Assembly: GCA_000224765.2 (NCBI GenBank)
Contig: AGAU01000412.1
Span: 2,529 to 66,528 of the forward strand
Source of the DNA: SAR324 cluster bacterium JCVI-SC AAA005
Lineage (GTDB): Bacteria > SAR324 > NAC60-12
Direction of reading: 5' to 3'
Length of the DNA: 64,000 nucleotides
The notes beneath the pieces are model-generated. The model was not told where the DNA came from. It made no database searches and worked only from the letters and a program-made list of their open reading frames with translations. The stretch's first letter is position 1. Each line of letters begins with the position of its first letter. This document shows, piece after piece, positions 10,242-19,609 of the stretch. A program made the position numbers and the translations under genes.

Positions 10242-10437
10242 CAGTAGATCTCCAATTGAAAGGAATGACGGAACAGTCTTCTGGTATATCCGTCAGTGCA
10301 ATAAGGCTGAACGACACAGCCAATATAAACAGCGGCACGGTAGCTGACTAAAATCTTGGGAAGCAAAAAGTCTCTCGAATTTCGCTCCGAACAGCAAGGG
10401 AAAGTCTCTGGTAGGCAGTTGATCAGACAACTGCTGT

Positions 10438-10644
10438 TCAAACGTGTGAGCGGTCAGCTTCTTCTACCAATTTATCGATCTTCTGACGGAAGGCGTCATC
10501 CACCGTAAAGTAATGCCCATCTTCGTCATGCACCGAAACACCTGTACGATGAAACAGTTGAAGATGTTTCTGGAAAGCGCGGATATCTCGAATCGGACAA
10601 TCTCTCCCCTGATCATCCTGGATATTGATAGTTTTTAGACTCAC
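10438..10644 (-). CDS. hypothetical small protein
   Basis: 68-aa ORF with a GTG start and a GGAGGT Shine-Dalgarno about 5 nt upstream. No family recognised. Confidence 0.45.
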   Translation of the reverse strand: MSLKTINIQDDQGRDCPIRDIRAFQKHLQLFHRTGVSVHDEDGHYFTVDDAFRQKIDKLVEEADRSHV

Positions 10645-10806
10645 GTTACCTCCAGTTACTGAATGAAAATATGAACGATGGGTATTTTTGATTGAATCAA
10701 GATAACTGACTATCTGATCGCCCTGACGAAATCGATTAGCAAGGGGCTCTCAGTCAGTACATTCTATTGATTTATAACATCAATCAAAGATTCATTGAGA
10801 AAACGC

Positions 10807-12651
10807 TTAGGACTGGCTCTCTATACTAGATGGCTTTTGTTCTTGGGCCTCACTCTTCTGCTGTTTCTTCCACATTTCTGAGTACTCCCCTCCGAGCTTC
10901 AACAACTCTTCGTGACGACCTCTTTCCATGATCTCCCCTTGTCGGAGAACAAGGATTTCATCAGCGTCAATGATCGTAGAGAGACGGTGAGCTACGACCA
11001 GTGTTGTCCGTTCCTTGGAAACCTCACGCAAGGATTCCTGGATTTCCTTCTCCGTGTGAGAATCCAAGGCCGAGGTGGCCTCATCAAAGATCAAGATGCG
11101 TGGACCCTTGAGAATAGTTCTGGCAATCGCAACCCGCTGTTTTTCTCCTCCGGAGAGCTTCAGACCACGTTCACCCACCTCAGTTTCGTAGCCCTTGGGC
11201 AAACTTTCCACAAAACCATGGATCTGGGCCAATTGAGCGGCTTCTTGCACCTGCTCCCAAGGTGCCTCTGGGTTCCCATAGTGAATGTTATAGGCAATCG
11301 TGTCGTTGAACAGCACCGTATCTTGGGGGACTACGCCGATCGCTTTGCGCAAGCTCAATTGGCTGACATCTCGGATATCCTGCCCATCGATAGTGATTCT
11401 CCCCTGATCGACATCATAAAAACGGAACAAGAGTCGTGAAATCGTTGACTTGCCAGAACCACTGGGCCCAACAATAGCGACAGTTTTCCCAGGTGGGACC
11501 TGGAAGCTGATATTTTTGAGAATCCCGCGTTCCTCACTATAGCCAAAGGAGACATTCTCGAAGTCAATCTGACTAGGACCAACCTTCAATTCCTGGGCAT
11601 TCGCTACATCTACTACGTCCGGTTTGTGCTCCAGTAACTCGAACATCTTGTCCATATCCACTAGACTGCGTTTGATTTCCCGATAGACCACTCCCAGGAA
11701 ATTCAGCGGCAGGTACAGTTGGATCAGGAAGGTGTTGACCATCACAAAGTCACCAATCGTGTTATCTCCGCTGATCACACCGGCAGCGGCCATCCACATC
11801 ACGAGAATCAGTCCAATAGCCACAATTGCACCTTGCCCGAGATTCAGCAACGACAAGCTCGTCTGACTAGTCACGGCAGCCTTTTCATAACCAGCTAGTG
11901 CTTCATCATAGCGGCGATACTCATGCTCCTCGTTGTTGAAGTATTTTACTGTCTCAAAGTTAAGGAAGCTATCAATCGCCTTGGTGTTGGCCTCCGAGTC
12001 CTTGGCGTTCATCGTTCGTCGAAACTGTAACCGCCAGTCCGTAATGATTTGTGTGAACAGGACATAGGCCACAATTGTACCTGCTGTAGCTGCCGAGAAG
12101 CGCCAATCAAACTGCACAAAAAGAATCACCGTGACCATCGTGATCTCAATCAGCGTTGGCAAGATATTGAAGAGGATAAATCGCAGCAAAAATTGGATGC
12201 CCCCCACTCCTCGCTCGATCACCCTCGAGAGTCCACCTGTCTGCCGTTCCAGATGAAATTTGAGCGATAGTCGATGCACATGTCGGAAAGTGGACAAGGC
12301 AATCTCTCGCTGAGCGTGCTGAGACACCCGGACAAAGATGAAGTCCCGAAATTCCACAAAGGCCTGCTGAAGCAAACGGGCACCTCCATAAGCGAGAATC
12401 ACTCCGAGAGGAAGGACCAGCAGAGCCTCCTCAAACGACAGTTGATCGACTGCTTCTTTGTAGAGAAACGGCACATATACCGTTACCACTTTGGCTAGCG
12501 CCAGACTAGCCAGCGCGAGAATTACTCGAAATTTGAGATCCAGACGGCCTTGGGGCCAGAGATAGACAACCAAGGACTTCAGGGTTCGCAGATGATTTTT
12601 ACGTTCTTCTGAGCCAGTCGGTTCAAAAGAGGAGGTGCTGAATGATCTCAT
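10807..12651 (-). CDS. ABC transporter, fused permease/ATPase, Atm1/ABCB7-like exporter
   Basis: 614-aa ORF with an N-terminal 6-TM domain plus an NBD carrying Walker A GPSGSGKST, signature LSGGEKQRVAIAR and Walker B ILIFDEATSALD. Confidence 0.85.
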   Translation of the reverse strand: MRSFSTSSFEPTGSEERKNHLRTLKSLVVYLWPQGRLDLKFRVILALASLALAKVVTVYVPFLYKEAVDQLSFEEALLVLPLGVILAYGGARLLQQAFVEFRDFIFVRVSQHAQREIALSTFRHVHRLSLKFHLERQTGGLSRVIERGVGGIQFLLRFILFNILPTLIEITMVTVILFVQFDWRFSAATAGTIVAYVLFTQIITDWRLQFRRTMNAKDSEANTKAIDSFLNFETVKYFNNEEHEYRRYDEALAGYEKAAVTSQTSLSLLNLGQGAIVAIGLILVMWMAAAGVISGDNTIGDFVMVNTFLIQLYLPLNFLGVVYREIKRSLVDMDKMFELLEHKPDVVDVANAQELKVGPSQIDFENVSFGYSEERGILKNISFQVPPGKTVAIVGPSGSGKSTISRLLFRFYDVDQGRITIDGQDIRDVSQLSLRKAIGVVPQDTVLFNDTIAYNIHYGNPEAPWEQVQEAAQLAQIHGFVESLPKGYETEVGERGLKLSGGEKQRVAIARTILKGPRILIFDEATSALDSHTEKEIQESLREVSKERTTLVVAHRLSTIIDADEILVLRQGEIMERGRHEELLKLGGEYSEMWKKQQKSEAQEQKPSSIESQS

Positions 12652-12704
12652 TAGTGAAATTCAATTTTCCCCAACAGAATTAAGCTCGTAGGGGAGTTTT
12701 ACGA

Positions 12705-14075
12705 TTAGTTTTTGCTTGTTTGCAGACGAGGTCGCCAGTCTGAACTGAATAAGCAGAGAGCCATGCCGATACCGGTCACGAGTAATCCAGCGCTTACTCC
12801 TGCAAAAACCACTTGGATCGGCCAGTCCATCCAAACCGCCACAAGGCCCACTAGGGAAACAGTCAGTAAGCGTATAACACCAACACAGATCGGCAGCAAC
12901 AATCGCCCAGTTCCCTGACTTGCGAAATGCAACGCCTGACCCGCACCAAAAAACCCGTAGAACGGTCCAGCAATCGCCAAATATAGTACAGCGACCTTAT
13001 GGGCTGCCTCATCTGCCGTGAACCAATCCAGCCAAAGTGCTGGCATTACGGCCACTACAATACCAATTCCGCCTGTTACCAGAAACGCAATGCTGGCTCC
13101 TGCCCAAGCTATGCTGCGGGCTCGCTGAAAATTCTGAGCACCAACGTTTGCTCCAACTCCAGCAGTCAGAGCCGAACCAACTCCGAATACCAGAGGTGTG
13201 AGCATCAACTCTAGTCGACTTCCCAAACCATATCCAGCCAGCGCCGCTGCTCCAAAATGCCCTAAAATTGCCGTAACCACTACCACACTGAAGGCAACGG
13301 TGACGTTGTTGATCAGGCCAATTCCACCAACACGCATGATATCAATGAGCAAAACCAACCGTAGGGGGGACGGTTTCAGTTGGAGAAGAACTTTGCCTAA
13401 GTAGAGGCGACTTGCCAGAAAAAGGGCCATTCCAGCATGGCACACAATCATGGCGATTGCTGGACCAATCACACCTAGCTTGGGGAAATGCCCCCAACCA
13501 AGAGTCAATGCACCAGAAAGGATAATTTGACAACTGCAGCCAACTATGAACATCCTGGCTGGTGTAAGTGTATCCCCACTCCCCCGAAAAATGGCAGCCA
13601 GAATGTAGAGCATCCAAGTAACAACAGAACCGCCAAACGCTATTTGGGCATAGCTGACAGCTCCCGTCAGCACTTCACCAGTTCCGCCCATTCCCTGGAA
13701 AATTTCCGCTGGGAAGAGACCAAGGGGCAGGATGAAGAGCGATGACATGCTGATACCAATCACCACAGCATGCCAGGCCAAGGCACTCACCTCGCTGATC
13801 GCTCCTCTCCCGAGCGTTCTGGAAATGGCTGAAGTCACCCCTCCTCCAATTGCTCCAGCTGCCATAAAGACGATCAATGTTTGAAAAGGAAATACCAGGG
13901 CCAGGCTCGCCAATGCCACAGTTCCCGAATCTGCGACAAACCAGGCATCGCAGAATGTCACCAGGATCGTCATTACGACACCAAGTACATTTGGGCCTGT
14001 GAGCCTCCAGAGCATCTGGGAAATTGAACCCTCTAACAGGAGAGATAGTTGGCGAGAGCTTTTTGATTGGTCCAT
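12705..14075 (-). CDS. MATE-family efflux transporter
   Basis: 456-aa protein with 12 TM segments and typical MATE length and repeat organisation. Confidence 0.85.
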   Translation of the reverse strand: MDQSKSSRQLSLLLEGSISQMLWRLTGPNVLGVVMTILVTFCDAWFVADSGTVALASLALVFPFQTLIVFMAAGAIGGGVTSAISRTLGRGAISEVSALAWHAVVIGISMSSLFILPLGLFPAEIFQGMGGTGEVLTGAVSYAQIAFGGSVVTWMLYILAAIFRGSGDTLTPARMFIVGCSCQIILSGALTLGWGHFPKLGVIGPAIAMIVCHAGMALFLASRLYLGKVLLQLKPSPLRLVLLIDIMRVGGIGLINNVTVAFSVVVVTAILGHFGAAALAGYGLGSRLELMLTPLVFGVGSALTAGVGANVGAQNFQRARSIAWAGASIAFLVTGGIGIVVAVMPALWLDWFTADEAAHKVAVLYLAIAGPFYGFFGAGQALHFASQGTGRLLLPICVGVIRLLTVSLVGLVAVWMDWPIQVVFAGVSAGLLVTGIGMALCLFSSDWRPRLQTSKN

Positions 14076-14507
14076 TCCTCTCCAATACAGATGTATTCTC
14101 GGTGTGTGAAATAGGCTTAGGAGGTCTACTTTACCTAAAGGGAAGATACCCTGGCTGTATTTAGAAACAGACTAATCAGAAAATTTGAGAGGAGGAGTGC
14201 GAGGCCAGTTTTGTCAGGTTGCTCAAACTTTCTCCTGAATTGCGAGAGTGAGCATCGTCAGGCATCCAAAAATTACTGAGATTAAAATGACTAGCCAGAA
14301 CATTGACACTAGGGCTTTGTCCTGCACTAACCATTTCAGATAGGTATTCGAGTGGATCCAGAGAAATTTAGCAATCTCTGACCAATGAGATTTGTGAGGC
14401 TGTCCCAATCAGTTTCTAACTATTGTGGGATGGATACTGGCCAAGTTAGAGGGTTAGTCACCAGAACTAATCAGGGAACCTCCCCTCGCTTACCTATCTC
14501 TAATCTC

Positions 14508-14711
14508 TCATGTGCTAGCTTGTCGCCGATAACTGCGCATGAGTAGGATGGTAAGCCAGCAGATGATAAAAATCGTGAAAGAAGTCAATAGCCAGAAATA
14601 CAAATAATATGAACTCAGTGAACCATCCTTGCCAATGGAGTAGCCAAAGATAAAGACTCCCCAAAATGCGGTGATCATGAGCCACAATTTGATCAACTTA
14701 CTTGCCCTCAT
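14508..14711 (-). CDS. hypothetical small membrane protein
   Basis: 67-aa ORF with two clear hydrophobic helices. Its ATG overlaps the stop of the upstream ORF 14708-14890 (ATGA). No homology recognised. Confidence 0.3.
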   Translation of the reverse strand: MRASKLIKLWLMITAFWGVFIFGYSIGKDGSLSSYYLYFWLLTSFTIFIICWLTILLMRSYRRQAST

Positions 14712-15194
14712 CGCTCAATTCTCCTCAAAAAAGCCCAGCAACTGCAGTAAGGCTGGTAATCATCAACAAATATTTCTGTGGGTGAGCGTTGCTTCACAAG
14801 AACGCACATAAAACCAGGTAACCAACGTAGAGAAATAGCAGCAGTCCTAAGAACGACTAAGTAAACTTTTTCATGGAGTCCCTCTTTCAAAAAAATTCGA
14901 AAGAACTAACGGCTTTTCATCTAGTGCGGAGCTACACTCATGGGTCTTCTTGAAACAGATTTCTTCGGTCTAATTCAGCAATAGAAAGAGATCGGATACG
15001 GTGTGCACAATATGTTTGTTCGAGACCTTTCTTTCTCTATCTTGCCTGAAAGAAAACTTGTATCACAAGAGTTTGCTCTAACCGAGCATGTGTCATTAGA
15101 AAACCACAACTAACTGCCAACTTTGTAGCAGGCCATGTCTTTTACTTCAACCAACAGCACAAAATCTTTGAATCCTATCGGTGTCTTTCAGTCC

Positions 15195-16163
15195 TTACAA
15201 ACGGAAGCGTGACAAAAAATTCCAAATCAGCTCATTGGTCCCAAAGCCTGCAACTTGAAGATCGAACCAAACGTGTTCTCCACCAATCACTTGGTAATGC
15301 TGTACCTCAACACCTTCTTGTCCCCCAGCATAAACAAAGGAATGTACCGTCTGTCCGCTGCTTATCGTTGTTTCCTCAGTGGGCGAGGATTGGGTCCGAT
15401 TAAAATCAACCCAATATTCAATCACACCTTCCGCAGACACAGAACCACTCGAATCTCCTTTTGGATTAGAGACATTGTCTGATGTGTAGTAGGGCAAGAT
15501 ATAATCTTGGGTTCCATGCAACGTAATAACAGCAGTTGGCTGAGGCGGCTGGCATAGATTACCGATGTCGGTCAGCATAGTTCCAGACACAGAACCGACC
15601 GCAGCAATCCGTTCTCCACGATAGCAAGCAAGGCCAAAAGCGAGCATGGCGCCATTCGAATATCCGACAGCATAAACACGTTTTTCATCGATTCGGTAGT
15701 TCGCGCTCAGGTTGTCAACTAACGACTCGATGAATCCGAAGTCGTCCACCGTACTTTTGTTGGTTGCAGATGGTGGAGACGGGTTCCAGTGAGGAGAACC
15801 ATCGAACAAGGATCCTTGGGGGTAAGCAAGCAGGAAGATTTGCTCTTCTGCAAGTTGGCGAAAGTCGCTCGTCAACAAATGGTTGGCGGCAGAGCCTCCA
15901 TATCCATGGAAGTTTAGTAGTAGCGGAATAGCTTCTGTTCCCTCGGAGGACTTCGGCAAGTAAACCAGAGCTTCTCGGAGGACACCATCATGGTTCAATT
16001 CCAGCCATGTGGTATCTGGAATGTTGATATTTGAGGAATCTTTTAGATCTATTTCTGAGGAATCTTTTGAAACGCTACAGCCCCAGAGTTGAAGACAAAC
16101 AAGTAGGGCAGTCAAAATTTTGATAAAATTTCTCTCGAAAGATCGAATTATGGAGTATTTCAT
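15195..16163 (-). CDS. secreted esterase, PHB-depolymerase/CE1-type alpha/beta hydrolase (lipoprotein)
   Basis: Motifs LLLNFHGYGGSA, DDFGFIESL and nucleophile elbow GYSNGAM, with lipobox LQLWGC. I prefer ATG at 16161-16163 (MKYSII...), which forms an ATGA overlap with the stop of the upstream MBL gene. The track ORF extends to 16181. Confidence 0.75.
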   Translation of the reverse strand: MKYSIIRSFERNFIKILTALLVCLQLWGCSVSKDSSEIDLKDSSNINIPDTTWLELNHDGVLREALVYLPKSSEGTEAIPLLLNFHGYGGSAANHLLTSDFRQLAEEQIFLLAYPQGSLFDGSPHWNPSPPSATNKSTVDDFGFIESLVDNLSANYRIDEKRVYAVGYSNGAMLAFGLACYRGERIAAVGSVSGTMLTDIGNLCQPPQPTAVITLHGTQDYILPYYTSDNVSNPKGDSSGSVSAEGVIEYWVDFNRTQSSPTEETTISSGQTVHSFVYAGGQEGVEVQHYQVIGGEHVWFDLQVAGFGTNELIWNFLSRFRL

Positions 16164-16888
16164 TCCGTTAGAGTTTTGCACAATTCTCTGAGCAGAGACG
16201 CGCCATCACCGCTCCAAGCACTACCATGCATACATGCGAAGGTCGTGGGATTTGTAGACGCCAATTTTTCAATCAGCATAGCTGTATTTTTTGTGTAGGA
16301 GAAATCGTCCATTGCCTGACGAAACGCTTGGCTAGGTCCAAGAATGTCTGACTCTGTGAGTGGGGAATCACCGATACCTCCCTGTGTGAAAAGATCACCA
16401 CACAATAGCGTCTTTGTAGTTTGCTCTGAAAGAAAGCCACAATCCTAGCCGTGAGGTAGGTGTGGAGTGTCGTGCCATTGTAGAGAATGAGATCCTAGTG
16501 ATAGAACTTCACCATCGGCCAAGGCTCTAGGTGGCCGGTCTGCAATGTCCTGTACAGAAACCATTGCGGCTACGACACTACAAACAGGCTCAGCTTGGGG
16601 TGCCACTGCAAGCCACTCATTCAGGGAGCCACACCCATCTGCTTCCACATGTGAGATCGCAACATAACGGATCTTCTCAACCAGCATTACACTAGCTACC
16701 GCCTCTTTCACTAGTGGAAACATTTTTCGCAAACCTGTATGGAACAACAATGGTTCATCATCTCTAACCAGATACTGGTTGAAAGAAAATTTATTCCCTT
16801 CACCAAGATCAACAGGAGTATTAATTCTATAAATACCGTCGGCAATTTTGTGAATATTTGTGCAAGATTCCTGGTTGGTAACGGTCAT
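16160..16888 (-). pseudogene. MBL-fold metallo-hydrolase interrupted by one in-frame TAG
   Basis: Track ORFs 16445-16888 and 16160-16405 are in the same frame. Translation reads ...HDTPHLPHG*DCGFLSEQTTKTLLCGDLFTQGG..., a continuous MBL-type protein (ISHVEADGCG metal motif) with TAG at 16445-16447. Confidence 0.7.
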
Positions 16889-17043
16889 TATTCATCCAAA
16901 AAAGTAGTTTAAACTACTTTGCAAAAAACTCTATATCGATGAACATTAAACAAGCCACATCCTCATTATTAGTTTATTGAAAAGAAGAGATGATTTGCGG
17001 TTATTTTGCTTTGCTGATTTGTTACAGTTTATCAAACTGTTGG

Positions 17044-17319
17044 CTATGAGATTTTATCCATGGAATAGATCGTATCGACAATGTTGTACTTGGCATCAAC
17101 TTCAGCGGCTTCAGGTGACGACATCATGGCTGTAAACATTTCCATATCTGTTACATTCATCAATCCAACTGCCTTGTGATCATTGATCTTGGCAATCTCC
17201 CATTCAGAAACACATTTTTGCATTTCTCCCTCAAATTCACCGAGCATCGCTTTAAATTCTTCGAACGAACAATTAATTTGTACACTGAATAACCACCTCC
17301 GAAACCTGAGAGACACCAA
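17044..17319 (-). CDS. hypothetical protein
   Basis: 91-aa ORF. The true start may be the internal ATG at 17247 (MLGEFEGEMQKC...). No family recognised. Confidence 0.35.
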   Translation of the reverse strand: MVSLRFRRWLFSVQINCSFEEFKAMLGEFEGEMQKCVSEWEIAKINDHKAVGLMNVTDMEMFTAMMSSPEAAEVDAKYNIVDTIYSMDKIS

Positions 17320-17320
17320 T

Positions 17321-17953
17321 TCAATAATCTTTGATTTTCAGAGCTCGGCCCTGATAGATACATCCAACAATGCGAGGCATGTTTTTCAGGTAGAAATGCT
17401 CAACTGGCTTTATCACAAAACGTTGTGAGCGAATGATATTTTCGATAGGTCGATTCAACTGACACCCATCCCCAATAAAATTTTGAAATGGATTCATAAA
17501 TTCCTGCCAGCTCGCTATTTTTGGATCAGGAGAAAGACCATGTTCCAAAAAATAAAAACAACCTCCAGGTTTTAGCACCCGCCAAATTTCGCTCATTGCT
17601 TGATTTACAGATGCAATGCTACAAAGAGTGAATGTACTGACAACACAGTCGAAACTCTCACTTTCCATAGGTAAAGATTCTCCTTCCAGTTCGTGCTGAC
17701 AAATCGGAATATTTATCTGCGCAATCCGACTGGCCGCCTTAGCGTGCATCTTCGGGTTCTTGTCCACAGCATGTACCTCTTGAACACTCTCAGGGTAATG
17801 CAACAGATTGAGGCCTGTGCCGAACCCGATTTCTAAAACTCGTCCATGCGCCTCTCTTACGCAGTACTTCCTAAGAGGCTCTAACTCGCTGCTGGAAAGT
17901 GCCCAATCGCAGAGGCAAGGAAACAGATACTGGGAGTACAATTTCTGGAGCAT
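17321..17953 (-). CDS. class I SAM-dependent methyltransferase
   Basis: 210-aa ORF with motif I VLEIGFGTGLNL and a downstream acidic loop, matching the Methyltransf_11-like pattern. Confidence 0.8.
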   Translation of the reverse strand: MLQKLYSQYLFPCLCDWALSSSELEPLRKYCVREAHGRVLEIGFGTGLNLLHYPESVQEVHAVDKNPKMHAKAASRIAQINIPICQHELEGESLPMESESFDCVVSTFTLCSIASVNQAMSEIWRVLKPGGCFYFLEHGLSPDPKIASWQEFMNPFQNFIGDGCQLNRPIENIIRSQRFVIKPVEHFYLKNMPRIVGCIYQGRALKIKDY

Positions 17954-18003
17954 TACAAGTGCTGAAGCTTTTCAAACATGCTGATCCTGAAGACTAAACA
18001 GTC

Positions 18004-18336
18004 TCATTCCCAAGAATCAAAGACTAGCTTAGGCATAGGTGGGGGTGGTGCCTTCACATCCATACCATGAAACTCTGCCGCTTTTTGTTTCATTTCCTCA
18101 GGCATTGATTCCATCATCTTTGCCCAACTAGCTAGCGGATCCCTGCCCTCTAGAGTAATGATGATAGAGTCACCGCCTGGGGTTTCCTGCAGAAAAGATC
18201 TCTCGTGCACTCCTACCTCATCCCGGACTCGGACAGTTTCAGCCCGACCAGGGCCATTAAAGCCTTCATCCAGAAACTTTTGCCACTCCTCTTTTTTGCC
18301 CGGTAAGATCGGTAATGCCATTGCTATCATCGCCAT
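18004..18336 (-). CDS. hypothetical protein
   Basis: 110-aa ORF with good coding look (LPGKKEEWQKFLDE...). Family not identified. Confidence 0.5.
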   Translation of the reverse strand: MAMIAMALPILPGKKEEWQKFLDEGFNGPGRAETVRVRDEVGVHERSFLQETPGGDSIIITLEGRDPLASWAKMMESMPEEMKQKAAEFHGMDVKAPPPPMPKLVFDSWE

Positions 18337-18604
18337 TTTGAAACTCCGTGATTTTTGACTTCAATGCATAAAGCGAATCTCGCTTAAGTAAGCCGATAAG
18401 CAGAACATAGTGGCTTTGCCATTCCGTTGTTATCAACCAATTGGTAGTCTTCAGTCAAGCCCTAATCTCTCCTTGAATCCTTAAATCATCGGAAAATCTT
18501 TTTCCAAAAAGAGTCCTAGGTTTCGACTTCCGCTTTGCGGCTAGTTCAGCTAACAATTCGCAGTTCTTTCAAATTTCTTGAAATTAATTTTAGGAGTGCA
18601 AGCC

Positions 18605-19453
18605 ATGAAACTAGTACGCTACGGAGCCAAAGGTAAGGAGTTACCCGGTATTATTGATAATGATGGAAAGCTGCGATCTCTGGCTGGCCTGGTCAACGAG
18701 GAGAGTGAGCAATTTCTCTCAGACAAGGGCCTTGCGGAACTGGGTCGTATGAATCTTAGCAAACTCCCGCTGGTTCCTGGGAAACCTCGGTTTGGTTGTC
18801 CTGTTGCTAACGTCAGCAAATTTGTGGCAATTGGCCTGAACTATACGGATCACGCTAAGGAGACCAACTCTCCAATTCCTAAAGAGCCAATCATATTTAT
18901 GAAAGCTCTAAACTGTCTTCAGGGGCCAAACGATAACGTGATGCTCCCTCGAGGATCGGTCAAGACTGACTGGGAGGTCGAATTGGGGATCGTGATCAGC
19001 AAAAAAACTCGCTATGTCACCAAGGAAAACTCCTTGAATCATGTTGCGGGCTATGTACTGGTCAATGATGTTAGTGAGCGCGAATTTCAGGCGGAGCGTG
19101 GTCCTCAATGGGACAAGGGAAAAGGCTGCGACACCTTCGGTCCAGTTGGCCCCTATCTAGTGACTCGTGATGAGGTAAAAGACCCTCAAAATCTAGAGCT
19201 TTGGCTAGACGTCAACGGCAAGCGGATGCAGACAGGCAACACCAAGACGATGATCTTTCCTGTGAAGGAAATCATCAGCTATGTCAGCGAATTCATGACC
19301 TTGTTTGCCGGTGATATCATCACTACCGGCACGCCTCCTGGAGTTGGTTCTGGCATGAAGCCTCAGGTTTTCCTAAAGGCAGGTGATGTGATGACCCTCG
19401 GCATCAGTGGCTTGGGAGAGCAGCGGCAGACGGTCGTTCCCTTCAAGCTATAG
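18605..19453 (+). CDS. fumarylacetoacetate hydrolase family protein (short, YcgM/2-keto-4-pentenoate hydratase-like)
   Basis: MKLVRYG... start at 18605 preceded by AGGAG. FAH core motifs are present (GLNYTDHA, EVELGIVI, GDIITTGTPPGVG). The track ORF opens 27 nt upstream. Confidence 0.85.
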   Translation: MKLVRYGAKGKELPGIIDNDGKLRSLAGLVNEESEQFLSDKGLAELGRMNLSKLPLVPGKPRFGCPVANVSKFVAIGLNYTDHAKETNSPIPKEPIIFMKALNCLQGPNDNVMLPRGSVKTDWEVELGIVISKKTRYVTKENSLNHVAGYVLVNDVSEREFQAERGPQWDKGKGCDTFGPVGPYLVTRDEVKDPQNLELWLDVNGKRMQTGNTKTMIFPVKEIISYVSEFMTLFAGDIITTGTPPGVGSGMKPQVFLKAGDVMTLGISGLGEQRQTVVPFKL

Positions 19454-19465
19454 GGCTGTCTTTTG

Positions 19466-19502
19466 GGTTGACCAAAACCAAAGAAAACAGTTTTGATCAA
19501 CC
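19466..19502. terminator. candidate bidirectional hairpin between convergent genes
   Basis: ggttgaccaaaac (19466-19478) pairs with gttttgatcaacc (19490-19502), giving 13 bp with one mismatch and an 11-nt loop. There is no clear U-tract, so this is weak. Confidence 0.3.
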
Positions 19503-19609
19503 TGATAGTGATACAGTCTTTGATACATGACTAATGATGATGGCAATTTCAATGCGGGTTGGTTCACATTTATGGGTTAATGACAAAGACTGTGGACTTG
19601 TCAATTAGA

